Below are positions 42,748 through 53,214 of a stretch of DNA of 64,000 bases, in pieces. Source of the DNA: Wickerhamiella versatilis. Taxonomy: Eukaryota. The notes beneath the pieces were generated by a model. That model searched no databases, was not told the DNA's origin, and saw nothing but the letters and a program-made list of their open reading frames with translations. The stretch covers positions 868,001 through 932,000 of the forward strand of contig JAQOWU010000007.1 in assembly GCA_030867685.1 (NCBI GenBank). Direction: 5' to 3'. The position numbers were made by a program, and so were the translations under genes. Position 1 is the stretch's first letter; every line of letters starts with the position of its first letter.

Positions 42748-43101
42748 ATGTCCTTAAACCAAAGATTGGCAGCCGCCAGAGAACTTGTTGCTGCCTTTCG
42801 CAGGTGGCCTGATGACAGTGGAAAGATTTACAAAAGCTTCCGCAACAGTCAGATAGCCCTCTATGAAACTTCGAAGCCAGGAGACCTGCCCACAGCAGAG
42901 GTACTGCACGCTCGCGCGAAGGCAGCAGACATATTGGTTAAACAAGTCAATGCCAAAAAATTCAAGCCAAGCCAGCGATTCATAGAGCCAAACGGTCAAC
43001 CAGACTATTATAATATGATTCAACGGGAAGCCAGCGGGAAGTCACAACGTGTAGATCTCTTTACTGCGGCGAGGAACTCTCTCTATGGGTGGTGGAAATG
43101 A
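42748..43101 (+). CDS. CBP6: cytochrome b translation/assembly factor Cbp6
   Basis: RRWP.D...SFR, EP.GQPDYY..I motifs; 117 aa; convergent with a U1A-like gene as CBP6/MUD1 are in S. cerevisiae. Confidence 0.75.
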   Translation: MSLNQRLAAARELVAAFRRWPDDSGKIYKSFRNSQIALYETSKPGDLPTAEVLHARAKAADILVKQVNAKKFKPSQRFIEPNGQPDYYNMIQREASGKSQRVDLFTAARNSLYGWWK

Positions 43102-43345
43102 ACTCCGCGTACAGAGCTGTATTGCAGGATATATCCTATGATATTATCAGTATCCACAGTGCATTTGTATCTTAATTAATCAATTGCATTGCTTTCGCTT
43201 TTCGCTTTTGCTCCTGCTTCTGCCTCTATCCAGCAGGCAGCATCTTCATTCCAAAGCATACTATGGCATAACAGGTGTAAAAATTTATCTTTCTGTCTAT
43301 AATCGTAGCTAATCGTAACATTAATTCATCAAAAAAGTTCATCGT

Positions 43346-43954
43346 CTATTTTTTGGCAAATGAAATTTTCACCGGCCTGCTGCCAATTTCCAAGTGCTGA
43401 TGACGGGCCGTAGCTGCCTGATTTTCGCTTTTGAACTCAATGAATCCAACCCCACGTGCAGCAAACAATCTTACGTCGACAAAGCCCGGGAAACCATGGA
43501 ATTTCTCCAGAACTTCCTCTCGGGAGCAGTTTGTCGGCAGTCCTTCCAAAAATAATATATTGTTTGGTAGCTCTACCTCAACCTTCTGGCGTTTTGCCGA
43601 TACATCTGCTGTCGGCAAAGAAGATGCACTGCGCTTGTGTTTAGTTTCCCTTCGTCGTCGCAAGACATCGAGTTCATGTGGATTTTGGTGAGAAAGAGTT
43701 GCGTAAGACTTCTGTTTTGCAAAAGCGACCCTCATTGGTTTCCCATGAAAATCCTTGCCTCCTAGTTCATGTAGCGCGCGCTGGGCCGCATCGACAGTAT
43801 CGAACACAACAAATGCTTGGCCACGTTTCCGCAAGCTCCTACGAGCAACCACATCTATCACTTGCCCATATTTCTCACAGCATTCTCTTATGTCGTCAAT
43901 GAGAGTTTTTATTTGGAGTTTCTCATTAAGATTGTTGATGTAGAGCGTTTCCAT
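43346..43954 (-). CDS. MUD1: U1A/U2B''-family snRNP protein with two RRMs
   Basis: ETLYINNLNEK...RGQAFVVF...GKPMRVAFAK; PNNILFLEGLP...KISFAKK. U1A rather than U2B'' is inferred from CBP6 synteny. Confidence 0.8.
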   Translation of the reverse strand: METLYINNLNEKLQIKTLIDDIRECCEKYGQVIDVVARRSLRKRGQAFVVFDTVDAAQRALHELGGKDFHGKPMRVAFAKQKSYATLSHQNPHELDVLRRRRETKHKRSASSLPTADVSAKRQKVEVELPNNILFLEGLPTNCSREEVLEKFHGFPGFVDVRLFAARGVGFIEFKSENQAATARHQHLEIGSRPVKISFAKK

Positions 43955-44360
43955 TTCCTTGGTCCGCTTACGTAATATCGCTTTCACCGGGAACGTCAAA
44001 ATAAGATAGCTCCCTGTGAAAAATACCAGAAAGAGCGTTTAATCTACACTATTTCCCCGCTTGGTCTTGAAAATTAATTGTTGCTGTTGTTCTCTTCCCA
44101 TCACAAGGCAATTCGTATGGTAATGTTGAAACTATGCAGTGTAATTAAGCAATAATATAACAATTAATTCAGCCCAATATTTTTCCAGATGCATACAATG
44201 CATAAAAAATCAATACGTCAACTTAACTTCAGCTAAATTACCGTTATTCTATCGCGTTAAATTGATTCAACAATCAAAATGCTTGAAAATTACTCGATGC
44301 AAGCTTGCCAGGTCGAGAAAAATCTGATTAGCTCATCCCTATAGACAGAATCAAGTTCAC

Positions 44361-44834
44361 ATGAACTGGGAAGGTGTGCTTGTAACTGTATTCCTGGCCG
44401 GTGTAGCTATTGGATATACATATGGTACAAATGCTGAACCCAAGAAGGAGAAGTTTAATGATTTTCCTTTGACGGATGACGAACGCTGTAAGATGGTTTT
44501 GGTCGTTCGCAAGGACTTACCGATGACGAAAGGAAAAATAGCTGCTCAATGTGGCCATGCTGCAGTGGCCTGTTTCGAAAAAGCCGCTTTGAAGTGTCCC
44601 AACTTTCTTCAAAGCTGGCAGGAAGGTGGTCAGGCGAAAATTGCACTCCAATGTCCAGACCTGACCCAGCTTAGACGTCTTGAGGTTGTTGCATCTCGAT
44701 TGGGGCTTGTTGCGTGCTCAATTTCAGATGCTGGTCACACGCAAATAGACCCAGGGACAGTCACAGTTCTTGGCATTGGGCCAGGTCCGGAGAAGCTGGT
44801 AAACGAAATCACGGGCCATTTGAAACTATTGTAG
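44361..44834 (+). CDS. PTH2: peptidyl-tRNA hydrolase 2
   Basis: N-terminal transmembrane segment, KMVLVVRKDLPMTKGKIAAQCGHA, DAGHTQI, ITGHLKLL. Confidence 0.95.
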   Translation: MNWEGVLVTVFLAGVAIGYTYGTNAEPKKEKFNDFPLTDDERCKMVLVVRKDLPMTKGKIAAQCGHAAVACFEKAALKCPNFLQSWQEGGQAKIALQCPDLTQLRRLEVVASRLGLVACSISDAGHTQIDPGTVTVLGIGPGPEKLVNEITGHLKLL

Positions 44835-44862
44835 ACCTTTGTCACAAGACTTATGATATTAA

Positions 44863-46860
44863 CTACATGCTTAGCACAATGAGACCTTGTACGGGGTCTA
44901 ACTCTAACATTTCATTGCAAATAATTTGATCACCCTCAAAAAGTCGTGTGTGTGGCAGTACAGAAACCTCCACTTCAAGATCAATATCACGACACCAGGC
45001 CTTAGCTAAACCAGGGTAAGTCGCCGGCTGTAATATTATGCACCTAAATATGTGGAAGGCACTAGACACCTTAAGCTCTTCCTGGAGACCACTTAGAACT
45101 TCGTATCTTGAAAATCTTTCCTCAAAAAGATCTGCCAACCACCAGTTCGGCAATATACTTCTTTGAACGTGCGAATCCAGCGTTTCCTGTGCTGTTAAGC
45201 TACGTGGTTTCAAAAGCTGCCGCTGAGTGAGGAGGGCCAGTGAGCTATCAAAAGGTCGGCCAACTCCGCCGTCTTTTGGTATCTCCAACCCTTTTTTTTT
45301 ACCATACACTTGAGAAAGCTGTCCAGCTATTAAATTAGCACGGACTGCTGCCTCGGTCCCGCCGAGGAATTCATATGCCGGAATGTTGTCCGGCGATGTG
45401 GCTAAGAAGGCTTCTATTAACCACAAAGAATGCTGATAACTTTCCTGGAACTTATCATTCATATTTTTATCGAAATACTGCGGTTTTATTGACCGCGTAG
45501 TGCAGGATACAAGCCCGACTTCGACGTCATTCGGGTCCCACTGAAAATTCTTGTCAGTTGGGATTCGCAAGGATAATGCGATAGAGGGCCGCTCATCGGA
45601 AAAGGACATGGATTCCCTGGTACTTTGATCTATAAGTGGTAATTTATGGTAAGTACCAGCCCTTACAGACCGTGCCCGCGTGCCTACGCCACGGACACCC
45701 AACACCGACTTTATTGGAACATAAGGAATATAAAGCGCAACATCCCATCCATTATCAGCACCCGGATCTACAGATATTGCTATATCGTCTGCAAGGGACC
45801 ATGCCTCGGCAGCATCAAGCGTTGAAACGTTCTGAACTGCAGTTTTTGGCGCCATATTTGTTGTGATTCCATCATCTTGAGTGAGCATATGGAGAAGAGG
45901 TGTGTCTCCAAGCAAACGATCGCTTAATGCCACGGATGCATCTGCTTCACCACGGTCTGGATATACCTTTGTCAATATTGCTTCAGCCGCACGACCCAAA
46001 CGAGCATCAGACCAAATAGCATAGTGCTCTAGGAACCGGCGCAGCTGGAATCCTATACCACTAGTGATATTTGGGTCCGCCCGTAACTGAGCTCCTCCGT
46101 GATCAAGCTCTTCTTCCGTGAGTGCATACATCACTTTATGCACGACGTCCACGGTTGAAAAGCTTGCAGCGACAAAAGGGCCTCTCCGCCAGCGTACAAA
46201 GCCAAGTTCATGATATGCTGCTGCTAAATATGTTGCCAACTGAATGTCAGCAGGCAGTTGCGAAGGTGGAGAAATAGGTTTAACAGAATGTCTAGCGCTG
46301 TTCTGCAGGTGGAGGGACCAGACTCTTCTACAGATATCCTGAAAGTCGACAGCGCGAACTCGTTTCTGCAGCGCTGACTGGGCATAGATCACCCGTAAGT
46401 AGTTGCGAGTTTCAGCAACATGCGACCACGCACCGGCGACAAGTCCCTGGAGAGCCGAAGCAACTTCAGAAGAATTTAAATGCAAAGCAGGTTCGACCCA
46501 GCTTTTGAGAGCCACTGAAACATTTTTTACTGCATGGGAAGATCGTCTTCCATTCAAGGAAATCAGATCGAAATAAGGGCCTACTGGCGCCCAGGATACC
46601 AACCCGAATTCCACAAGCCCATTACGACCAACAACTTCAACTGCGTCGCCTGCATCAACTTCTACTGGGCTTATTATCGTGCGCATAGGAGTCTTTGATG
46701 GCGCTAGGTTTGCCGATGTTACACTCACGGGCTTCTTCAACTGTTGATAATATGCATCGCTTGCAGGCCATAAAGGGACCCCTGTGTATAATGAAGGGCC
46801 AAAAGAACCGTATTTTGGAAGAAGGGGATTAAATTTCAGGAACCGCGGCGGCTTTTGCAT
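44863..46860 (-). CDS. 665-aa protein, probably a degenerate RNase II/RNB (Dss1/Cyt-4-like) family member
   Basis: Long ORF. STLDAAEAWSLADDIAISVD resembles RNB motif I; GRPFDSSLALLTQRQL may be a degenerate TSPxRRxxDL motif. Confidence 0.6.
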   Translation of the reverse strand: MQKPPRFLKFNPLLPKYGSFGPSLYTGVPLWPASDAYYQQLKKPVSVTSANLAPSKTPMRTIISPVEVDAGDAVEVVGRNGLVEFGLVSWAPVGPYFDLISLNGRRSSHAVKNVSVALKSWVEPALHLNSSEVASALQGLVAGAWSHVAETRNYLRVIYAQSALQKRVRAVDFQDICRRVWSLHLQNSARHSVKPISPPSQLPADIQLATYLAAAYHELGFVRWRRGPFVAASFSTVDVVHKVMYALTEEELDHGGAQLRADPNITSGIGFQLRRFLEHYAIWSDARLGRAAEAILTKVYPDRGEADASVALSDRLLGDTPLLHMLTQDDGITTNMAPKTAVQNVSTLDAAEAWSLADDIAISVDPGADNGWDVALYIPYVPIKSVLGVRGVGTRARSVRAGTYHKLPLIDQSTRESMSFSDERPSIALSLRIPTDKNFQWDPNDVEVGLVSCTTRSIKPQYFDKNMNDKFQESYQHSLWLIEAFLATSPDNIPAYEFLGGTEAAVRANLIAGQLSQVYGKKKGLEIPKDGGVGRPFDSSLALLTQRQLLKPRSLTAQETLDSHVQRSILPNWWLADLFEERFSRYEVLSGLQEELKVSSAFHIFRCIILQPATYPGLAKAWCRDIDLEVEVSVLPHTRLFEGDQIICNEMLELDPVQGLIVLSM

Positions 46861-47089
46861 CGCATATTCTCATGTGCCGCGGTCACCCAGTTAGTAATGT
46901 AGTAGAACAAAAATTAGGAGGAGAATTTAACTACGGCTCACGTTAAATACGACTATTCAGGACCATACATCCTCGTGTCGCACAGCATACGTGCAATACA
47001 CACTAAAAGCGCTGGAGGGATGTTTCCACCTCCATCTAATTTAGACCTCATGACGGTTAGTTTTATATATTATTTATATGCCGCAAAAC

Positions 47090-47500
47090 TTAGTTCTTCT
47101 TGCGGTACTTACGGTCAGGAAGAGCTGCAGCAACAGGAACAACCTCATGTGGTACTGCAAGACCGAGCTTGCTGAGAAGGCCAGCGGTCTGCTCGTCAAG
47201 CTCAAGACCCTCCTCACTGATAACAGTCAAGGCCGACGTCTCCGGGACGTACTGGTCACGACGCTCACGCTCCTCTTCTTGAAGGGCGAAGCTGACACCG
47301 TTAACTGGTCCCTTTGCAATGCGCTTCATGAGGTGCGAGGTGTAGCCAGCGACCTGATTGCGGAGACGCTTGGATGGAACCTGCGCGACGCTGTCGATGA
47401 TGCGCTTGTTGGTCTCGAAGTCTTCAGTCAACCGAGGGTAGTACTTCTCGATAAGCGATTTGGACGCGCGCTTAACCGTCTTCGTGCGGATCTTACCCAT
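47090..47500 (-). CDS. RPS17: 40S ribosomal protein eS17, intronless
   Basis: [32 protein letters not shown]...[11 protein letters not shown]. Confidence 0.97.
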   Translation of the reverse strand: MGKIRTKTVKRASKSLIEKYYPRLTEDFETNKRIIDSVAQVPSKRLRNQVAGYTSHLMKRIAKGPVNGVSFALQEEERERRDQYVPETSALTVISEEGLELDEQTAGLLSKLGLAVPHEVVPVAAALPDRKYRKKN

Positions 47501-47917
47501 TGCGAAGTCTTAGACGGGGATACACCGACGTATGCTATCATGATGGCCGAGTGCCCAAGGTACTAAGCCCTGTACCCTATGATGTGTAATCACTAGGATG
47601 CCTATTCAAGCTGTCTAATAAGGCGTTTCATTTCATACTTTCAGGCAATAAATGATAAAATTAAAATATACAAAACGTATTAGAAAAGAGTCCCAGTAAG
47701 GTCGAACGATTTTTTGAACTAAATGGATGGGGCTATATTATATTGTATCAGAGACTGCATTCTCGACCAAAATACAATTAAAACGGTACCTTATTCAAGA
47801 TAGAGGTTACTTGCTAAACTCTGATTGTTTAAATGTGAGTGCACACATGTGATTATGCTGAATTCGTGGTATTCCAATTTTGGAGGGATCGCGTGCACCT
47901 TCACGATTACGTTGGCA

Positions 47918-49219
47918 ATGGGTCGGCCGGACGGAGTAGATTTTAGCTGCGACGGCTGCGGCAGCGACCTTTCGAACCTTGTACAAATTCGATGTGCTGA
48001 GTGCAAGGAATATGAGCTATGTGTTCCATGCTTCGCGAAGGGAGTCCACACTGGGGACCATAAACCCTATCACGCCTATCGCGTCATCAGCCAACATTCT
48101 TATCCTATATTCACAGATGACTGGGGTGCTGATGAAGAGTTACAGCTTATAGAAGGATGTGAACAGTATGGACTAGGGTCATGGCAAGATATAGCAGACC
48201 ACATTGGTGGCCGAACGAAAGAAGAGGTTGGACAGCATTATGAGCAAGTTTACATTAATTCCCCCACATACCCAATTCCTCCATTAGCTGAACATTTTCA
48301 TGTCGACCCCACTGAGTTTGTTGATCGTAAAAGACGACGTCTTGAAGCGTTTAATGCTGAGCAGTCAAAGACTCCAGTTAGGCCTCGGCCAGCGATTTCA
48401 AGTATACCATCATGTCATGAAATCCAGGGTTTTATGCCGGCAAGGCTTGAGTTTGATGTTGAGGGAGAAAACGAGGCGGAGATGGGTGTGAAAGATATGA
48501 TCTTCGAGCCTGACGATACAGAAACTGACATTGAACACAAGCTAACCGTGCTGGAAATATACAACTCGCGATTAGTTAGGCGAGCCATGCGTAAACGAGC
48601 AATTTTCGCTCATCATATTACAGAAGACTATCGACGTTTAGCGGCTCAAGACAAGCGCCGCTCAAAAGAGGACCGGGATCTCGTGGTTGGCCGCCTCAAG
48701 CCTTACATACAGGTTCTCCCCCACAATGAATATTTAGAATTCACCGAAAGTATACTTGCAGAGCAACAGTATCGCCAAAGGATTGCGGAGTTGCAGGAAT
48801 ACCGCCAGAATGGTATCCGAACTATCGCTGAGGCCCAAAAATATGAAAAAGATAAACAGGCACGTTACAATGCACTTAATCGTACTTCTTTGCCTGCACC
48901 CACAAGGCAATCATTTCAAGAGATCATGCCAGGTCCCGGGCCTACCATCAAAATCCGGAAATTTGGAAGTGGTGTGCCCTTGGATGTTTCCCAGGCACCA
49001 GACGTTGAGCTATTAAGCCCTCAAGAGCGTGGTCTATGTACGCAATTACGAATGCAACCACGGTCTTACCTTGCAGTTAAAGAATCTGTGTTACAGAATC
49101 TAGTGCAAAATGGTGGGTCGCTCAAGAAAAAAGCACTTCGCGATATACTTGGACAAATGGACGAGGCCAAGGTTGGACGTATATACGATTTTTTCCAGAC
49201 TCAAAACTGGATAGCCTAA
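47918..49219 (+). CDS. ADA2: SAGA/ADA transcriptional adaptor
   Basis: ZZ finger CDGC...CAEC..YELCVPCF, SANT WGADEELQLIEG, GFMPARLEFD, SWIRM C-terminus. Confidence 0.95.
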   Translation: MGRPDGVDFSCDGCGSDLSNLVQIRCAECKEYELCVPCFAKGVHTGDHKPYHAYRVISQHSYPIFTDDWGADEELQLIEGCEQYGLGSWQDIADHIGGRTKEEVGQHYEQVYINSPTYPIPPLAEHFHVDPTEFVDRKRRRLEAFNAEQSKTPVRPRPAISSIPSCHEIQGFMPARLEFDVEGENEAEMGVKDMIFEPDDTETDIEHKLTVLEIYNSRLVRRAMRKRAIFAHHITEDYRRLAAQDKRRSKEDRDLVVGRLKPYIQVLPHNEYLEFTESILAEQQYRQRIAELQEYRQNGIRTIAEAQKYEKDKQARYNALNRTSLPAPTRQSFQEIMPGPGPTIKIRKFGSGVPLDVSQAPDVELLSPQERGLCTQLRMQPRSYLAVKESVLQNLVQNGGSLKKKALRDILGQMDEAKVGRIYDFFQTQNWIA

Positions 49220-49383
49220 TATTTATTAGTTGGTTAGTTTTTTAATAAGCTGATCCATAGGATTGTAACAATTTATGACGATATTTGCAAAAAGTACTGA
49301 GATTGCCAACAAGATTTGCCTAGTCATTGCTCAATGCTTTTTTGTTCCTTGTTTTTTTCCGAGAGATATGAATGATAAGTAGC

Positions 49384-50532
49384 TCAAAGCTTGGACGAAA
49401 AAAGTTCGACTGCCATCTTGAGAGAGGCATCCATCTCTGAATGCAAAATCTGTGCCAAATAATCCCTTAGTTTCTGGCGCACTTCTAATGAGCGGGGTCG
49501 GCGGCCATAGAGGTTAACCATTAGTTTGAAAGCATCGGGGAATTCTGAGGAATTAATATCAACATAACGAATTGGCAGCACAATGCTGAGAAATACAAAT
49601 TCATCACTATCGGGATAAGCGGTCAGGGCATGCTTGATCACATGGTCTACTAAATACTGACGATCCAGCGCGGTGAATTCGTCCAAGACTTGTATGGCCT
49701 TGATAGGAAATTCCAGGCCAAATCTGGGAGCCGCCGCATCGTAAACTGCTAGAGCCACATCACCACGCAGAGCGGGATTAGATTGGACGTCACCCAGCAC
49801 TTCGATATTAATGTCAGGGAGGTTGCTCAGCTCTGTCTCAGCCGCCTGGATATCCACATTGCTCAGCTCTGTTCTTTCTGCATTCTGTTCATTGGACTCC
49901 GCTTTCTGGGCCACATCCAGTCCTAGCAACTTTCTTCTTGCCAAAATCTTAGCGACATATATAAGTTCAAGACGCATGTATTCAAGCCACAGGTACTCGG
50001 AGCGAGGATTAAGCCTTAATCCTCGTTGAAGCACTGCACGAGCCTCAACGATTGCGGAATTTTCCTCAGCTTGGTATTTTGCTACATATACCCAGACCTC
50101 CGGCTTAGTTGGGTGTAGTCGTAGCATCGATGTGAGCGCACGATTTACCACCTGAGGTGAATTATTTTTATGCCCATAATCAACTGTAGCGATCCAGAGA
50201 CTCAATTCGGCAGGAAACCGACGGGTGGCTCTACTAAATATGAACTGAATCCGCTGCTTCCCAGCCCAATCAGATATGCCCTTGCCTTCAAGTTTATGCT
50301 GCTTTCTCAGGCGTCGTACTCGCAGGTGTCGCAAGCGATCAAGCTGCTGCTCGTAGGTAGTATATGCAAGAAAGTCACTGGGCTTCACCGACCGAGCCAG
50401 AAGTTTATGCTCATAATCGGTGCGACGTTTCACTATTTTTGAAAGCTCATCCTTGTCGAATATTCCACGTTTTTTCAGGTCCTCGACCTCCTTGATGGAG
50501 CTCTCCAAGTAGTAGCGGACCTTGTCAGACAT
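49384..50532 (-). CDS. UTP6: U3 snoRNP HAT-repeat protein
   Basis: MSDKVRYYLE...RRTDYEHKL, ISDWAG..RI.FIF.RA, LWLEYMRLELIY. Confidence 0.92.
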   Translation of the reverse strand: MSDKVRYYLESSIKEVEDLKKRGIFDKDELSKIVKRRTDYEHKLLARSVKPSDFLAYTTYEQQLDRLRHLRVRRLRKQHKLEGKGISDWAGKQRIQFIFSRATRRFPAELSLWIATVDYGHKNNSPQVVNRALTSMLRLHPTKPEVWVYVAKYQAEENSAIVEARAVLQRGLRLNPRSEYLWLEYMRLELIYVAKILARRKLLGLDVAQKAESNEQNAERTELSNVDIQAAETELSNLPDINIEVLGDVQSNPALRGDVALAVYDAAAPRFGLEFPIKAIQVLDEFTALDRQYLVDHVIKHALTAYPDSDEFVFLSIVLPIRYVDINSSEFPDAFKLMVNLYGRRPRSLEVRQKLRDYLAQILHSEMDASLKMAVELFSSKL

Positions 50533-50842
50533 CTCACCACACACAGAAACCTTAGGTAATTTTTTTCCAACTCAAAATGAGCTTATGAGGGGCCTTATTT
50601 AGCCCAGATCTTCCAAAGGCTAAAAATTAGGCTAATAAGTGCAATTCTATAATTATCAACTCTGCTACTACATTGCTACATACCTCTAAGACCGCCTACA
50701 AAAATTTGTTGAGGGTCAGATTTGTTACACCTTTTTCCGTGTGAGTGGGTACTTTGCTTTGGCTGTAGCTCTCTATCGATATATGCCACAAGAGTTGAGC
50801 CTCTTTTTACTGGAAAAAATCAAGGCCAGACTTGATGGTACC

Positions 50843-51187
50843 TTACTGCCCACCAGTTTGCTGGTTCAGAGCCTCAATCGCGTCGCCATCATCCATGCCG
50901 AGCGATTGTGGGGTGTCATCTCCATTAATTCTTTCACCATCAAACATAAACCGCAGACTCTTCTGGTCCTTGCCAGTACGTTTGCAGAATCCGTCTATAA
51001 TCCGACGAACTGGCGTGGAACGCTTGACTCGGAAGAACACCTCCGTTTGGTTATCAGTGACCTTGACACTGAGAAGATCTTCCTCCGGCTTCGTATCCTG
51101 CTGGGTCTCAGCCTCAGGTTTAACGTCCTGGGGTGGCACCGGAGACTCTTCCGAATGCTGAGGCTGTGCAGGTATATCGTCACTCAT
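50843..51187 (-). CDS. SMT3: SUMO
   Basis: VKVTDNQTEVFFRVKRST...LRFMFDGERI...QQTGG; N-terminal VKPE/TKPE sites. Confidence 0.96.
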   Translation of the reverse strand: MSDDIPAQPQHSEESPVPPQDVKPEAETQQDTKPEEDLLSVKVTDNQTEVFFRVKRSTPVRRIIDGFCKRTGKDQKSLRFMFDGERINGDDTPQSLGMDDGDAIEALNQQTGGQ

Positions 51188-51802
51188 TGATTAACACTTA
51201 CTTGATTACGTCACCTCGTTTGACCTAAGGTTGGATTTCTTGTTTCTTCGTAATCACGTGAAGGTATCGAAAAGATTACGCCACGATTCTCGCGATGGGC
51301 TGAGACATTTTATTTACCTGTTACATATGTACAGCAACGGAAATCTAGGCCGTAGAATTCACTAGGTGGCTTTAGAAGGATCTAGAAAATCACCATTGAA
51401 TATCGACTCCCACCCCCCCCGGTTCGAACGCCCCTCGGAATTCATCTGCCAACTCGATCTCATGCGAAGATCGACCTCTTGCGTCATGCATTAGTAATAA
51501 GATCGTACGAGAGAACGAATCAGTCCCCAGTTCGTGCTAAAAAAACGCTGCTTGCTGGTACAGCTGTACTTTGGTTATGATAGCGTCGCGGAGCTAGAAA
51601 CTTTCCGGTATTTCACAATCATAATTTTCTTGAAACAACTGTTATTTCGTTTGTTTGAGGTGAAGACCGGGACATTTAGGGCTAGGTATTAATCGTTCAG
51701 AAACGTCTGATACTAAATCCGAATATGTGTGGAGTGCATGAGGGGGATATTCTAGCTTAGTACATAAATAGTCCCAGTTCCCTACTATCGTGTTATCTTG
51801 GT

Positions 51803-52630
51803 ATGCTTCACACTTCACCAATATTCCAACCACATATACCAATCCCGGCTTCACCCCCCCAGCCAGCTATGTTGCAAAGGCCGTCATGGTGGGATGCTCC
51901 AAAGGAAACACTTCAACCATGCTGGGATATCTGGGCGTCCAAGCCATCCAAGCCAGCCTCGGGATTTCCTGTCGCTGCTGTAGGCGGAAATTTATGGCAC
52001 CCTGTGGATCGTGCAGAGATGTTGAGTCCGCCCTTGTCCCCAGAGCATAGCTCCTCCTCGCCCAGCCCTCGGCTGTCGACCGAGAGCAACATCGCTCCAA
52101 CCCCCGGCCCCCTATACATTGTAAAATTCAAAGGTGGTCGTAGTGATGTATTCACTAGTGAAGAACCCCTGGATTTCGGGGATTTCGTCTTGGTCGATGC
52201 TGATAGGGGTCGTGATCTTGGTCGCATCGTGGCCGCTGATGTCTCCCGTATAGAAGCTGCAGCACTCAAGCAGCAGCAGCACGAGATGCGGCAGCAGGTC
52301 CTCGCCCAGTGCTCAGCCAACTGTAATAAGGAGCCAATGGGTGTTATTATACCAAAAAACGTTCTGCGAAAAGCCAGTGTTGCTGAAGTCCGCCAAATGG
52401 CTCCGAAGCAGCGTGATGAGGAAGCGGCAGTAGCTTATTGTAACCAGAAGGTCCGTGAGCACCAACTCGATATGTCGATTGTTGATGCCGAGTATCAGTG
52501 GGATCATCGCAAACTGACCTTCTTCTATCGTGCTGGACATCGGGTAGACTTCCGAGAACTGGTTAGAGAGCTTTTCAGGACATACAAGACAAGAATTTGG
52601 ATGTGTGCCGTTCCAGATATGGAGGCTTAA
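51803..52630 (+). CDS. PSP1 C-terminal domain protein
   Basis: LYIVKFKGGRSDVF, VLVDADRGRDLG, DAEYQWDHRKLTFFY...VDFRELVRELFRTYKTRIWM. Confidence 0.88.
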   Translation: MLHTSPIFQPHIPIPASPPQPAMLQRPSWWDAPKETLQPCWDIWASKPSKPASGFPVAAVGGNLWHPVDRAEMLSPPLSPEHSSSSPSPRLSTESNIAPTPGPLYIVKFKGGRSDVFTSEEPLDFGDFVLVDADRGRDLGRIVAADVSRIEAAALKQQQHEMRQQVLAQCSANCNKEPMGVIIPKNVLRKASVAEVRQMAPKQRDEEAAVAYCNQKVREHQLDMSIVDAEYQWDHRKLTFFYRAGHRVDFRELVRELFRTYKTRIWMCAVPDMEA

Positions 52631-53214
52631 TTTATTCCTTGTACAAGAAGATTATTGCATGATAGAGTATTTTTTGTTTAGAGTATCCTAGTAATTCAAT
52701 ACGTTTTAGAGAGAAACTCAAGAACTTTTGACATTTTGATGTTATCACTTAATCGACAAGGGTAATTAACTGTGAAGCTTGGCTCAGCTTGGCTCAGCTT
52801 AGCCTTGTTTAACTTAGTTTTTTTTTATATTTTTCATCGAGTACCCAATTGGAGAATGAGTCCTCGTAATACGGTAAAAAAGCTAACAAAAATACCATTG
52901 CCTCAGCAACCAACCCAAAAAAAGAGTGATCTGCCTTTGGCCACGCGCGTCATTGTGAATAAAAACCATCTGAGTCAGCGGAATGTGGTTCTCCTCGTAA
53001 TGATAATCATCAACCCGTCCAGACCAAATAATAGCAATGAATTAAAGCTCAACAATTATTGAAATAGGTATGCATCGAGTCTTTTTCATCACCTGTTATG
53101 CAATCTTACGGAACACTAATTTTTTTAGGAATGTTAAGGCATTGGGATTGTTGTCAGCACATACCGGGTCCATCCTACCTCACACCACCCACTCTTTGTT
53201 AGTCGTGAGCGCTG

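Noticed and set aside
42740-42750. TACTAAC just before the CBP6 ATG
   Set aside because: No AG acceptor follows before the ATG and the ORF is complete unspliced
47078-47566. 162-aa plus-strand ORF
   Set aside because: Antisense shadow of RPS17; no independent features
49384-49395. UTP6 ends in SKL
   Set aside because: Utp6 is a conserved nucleolar protein, so this is probably chance
50741-51190. 149-aa plus-strand ORF
   Set aside because: Antisense to SMT3, non-ATG start, no motif
51411-51440. GGTTCGAAC resembling a tRNA T-loop/B-box
   Set aside because: The flanks cannot form a T-stem on either strand; no cloverleaf
52777-52803. Short duplication agcttggctc x2.5 (also tatttgggc x2 at 35221)
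   Set aside because: Two-copy slippage repeats with no spacers or associated genes; not CRISPR-like
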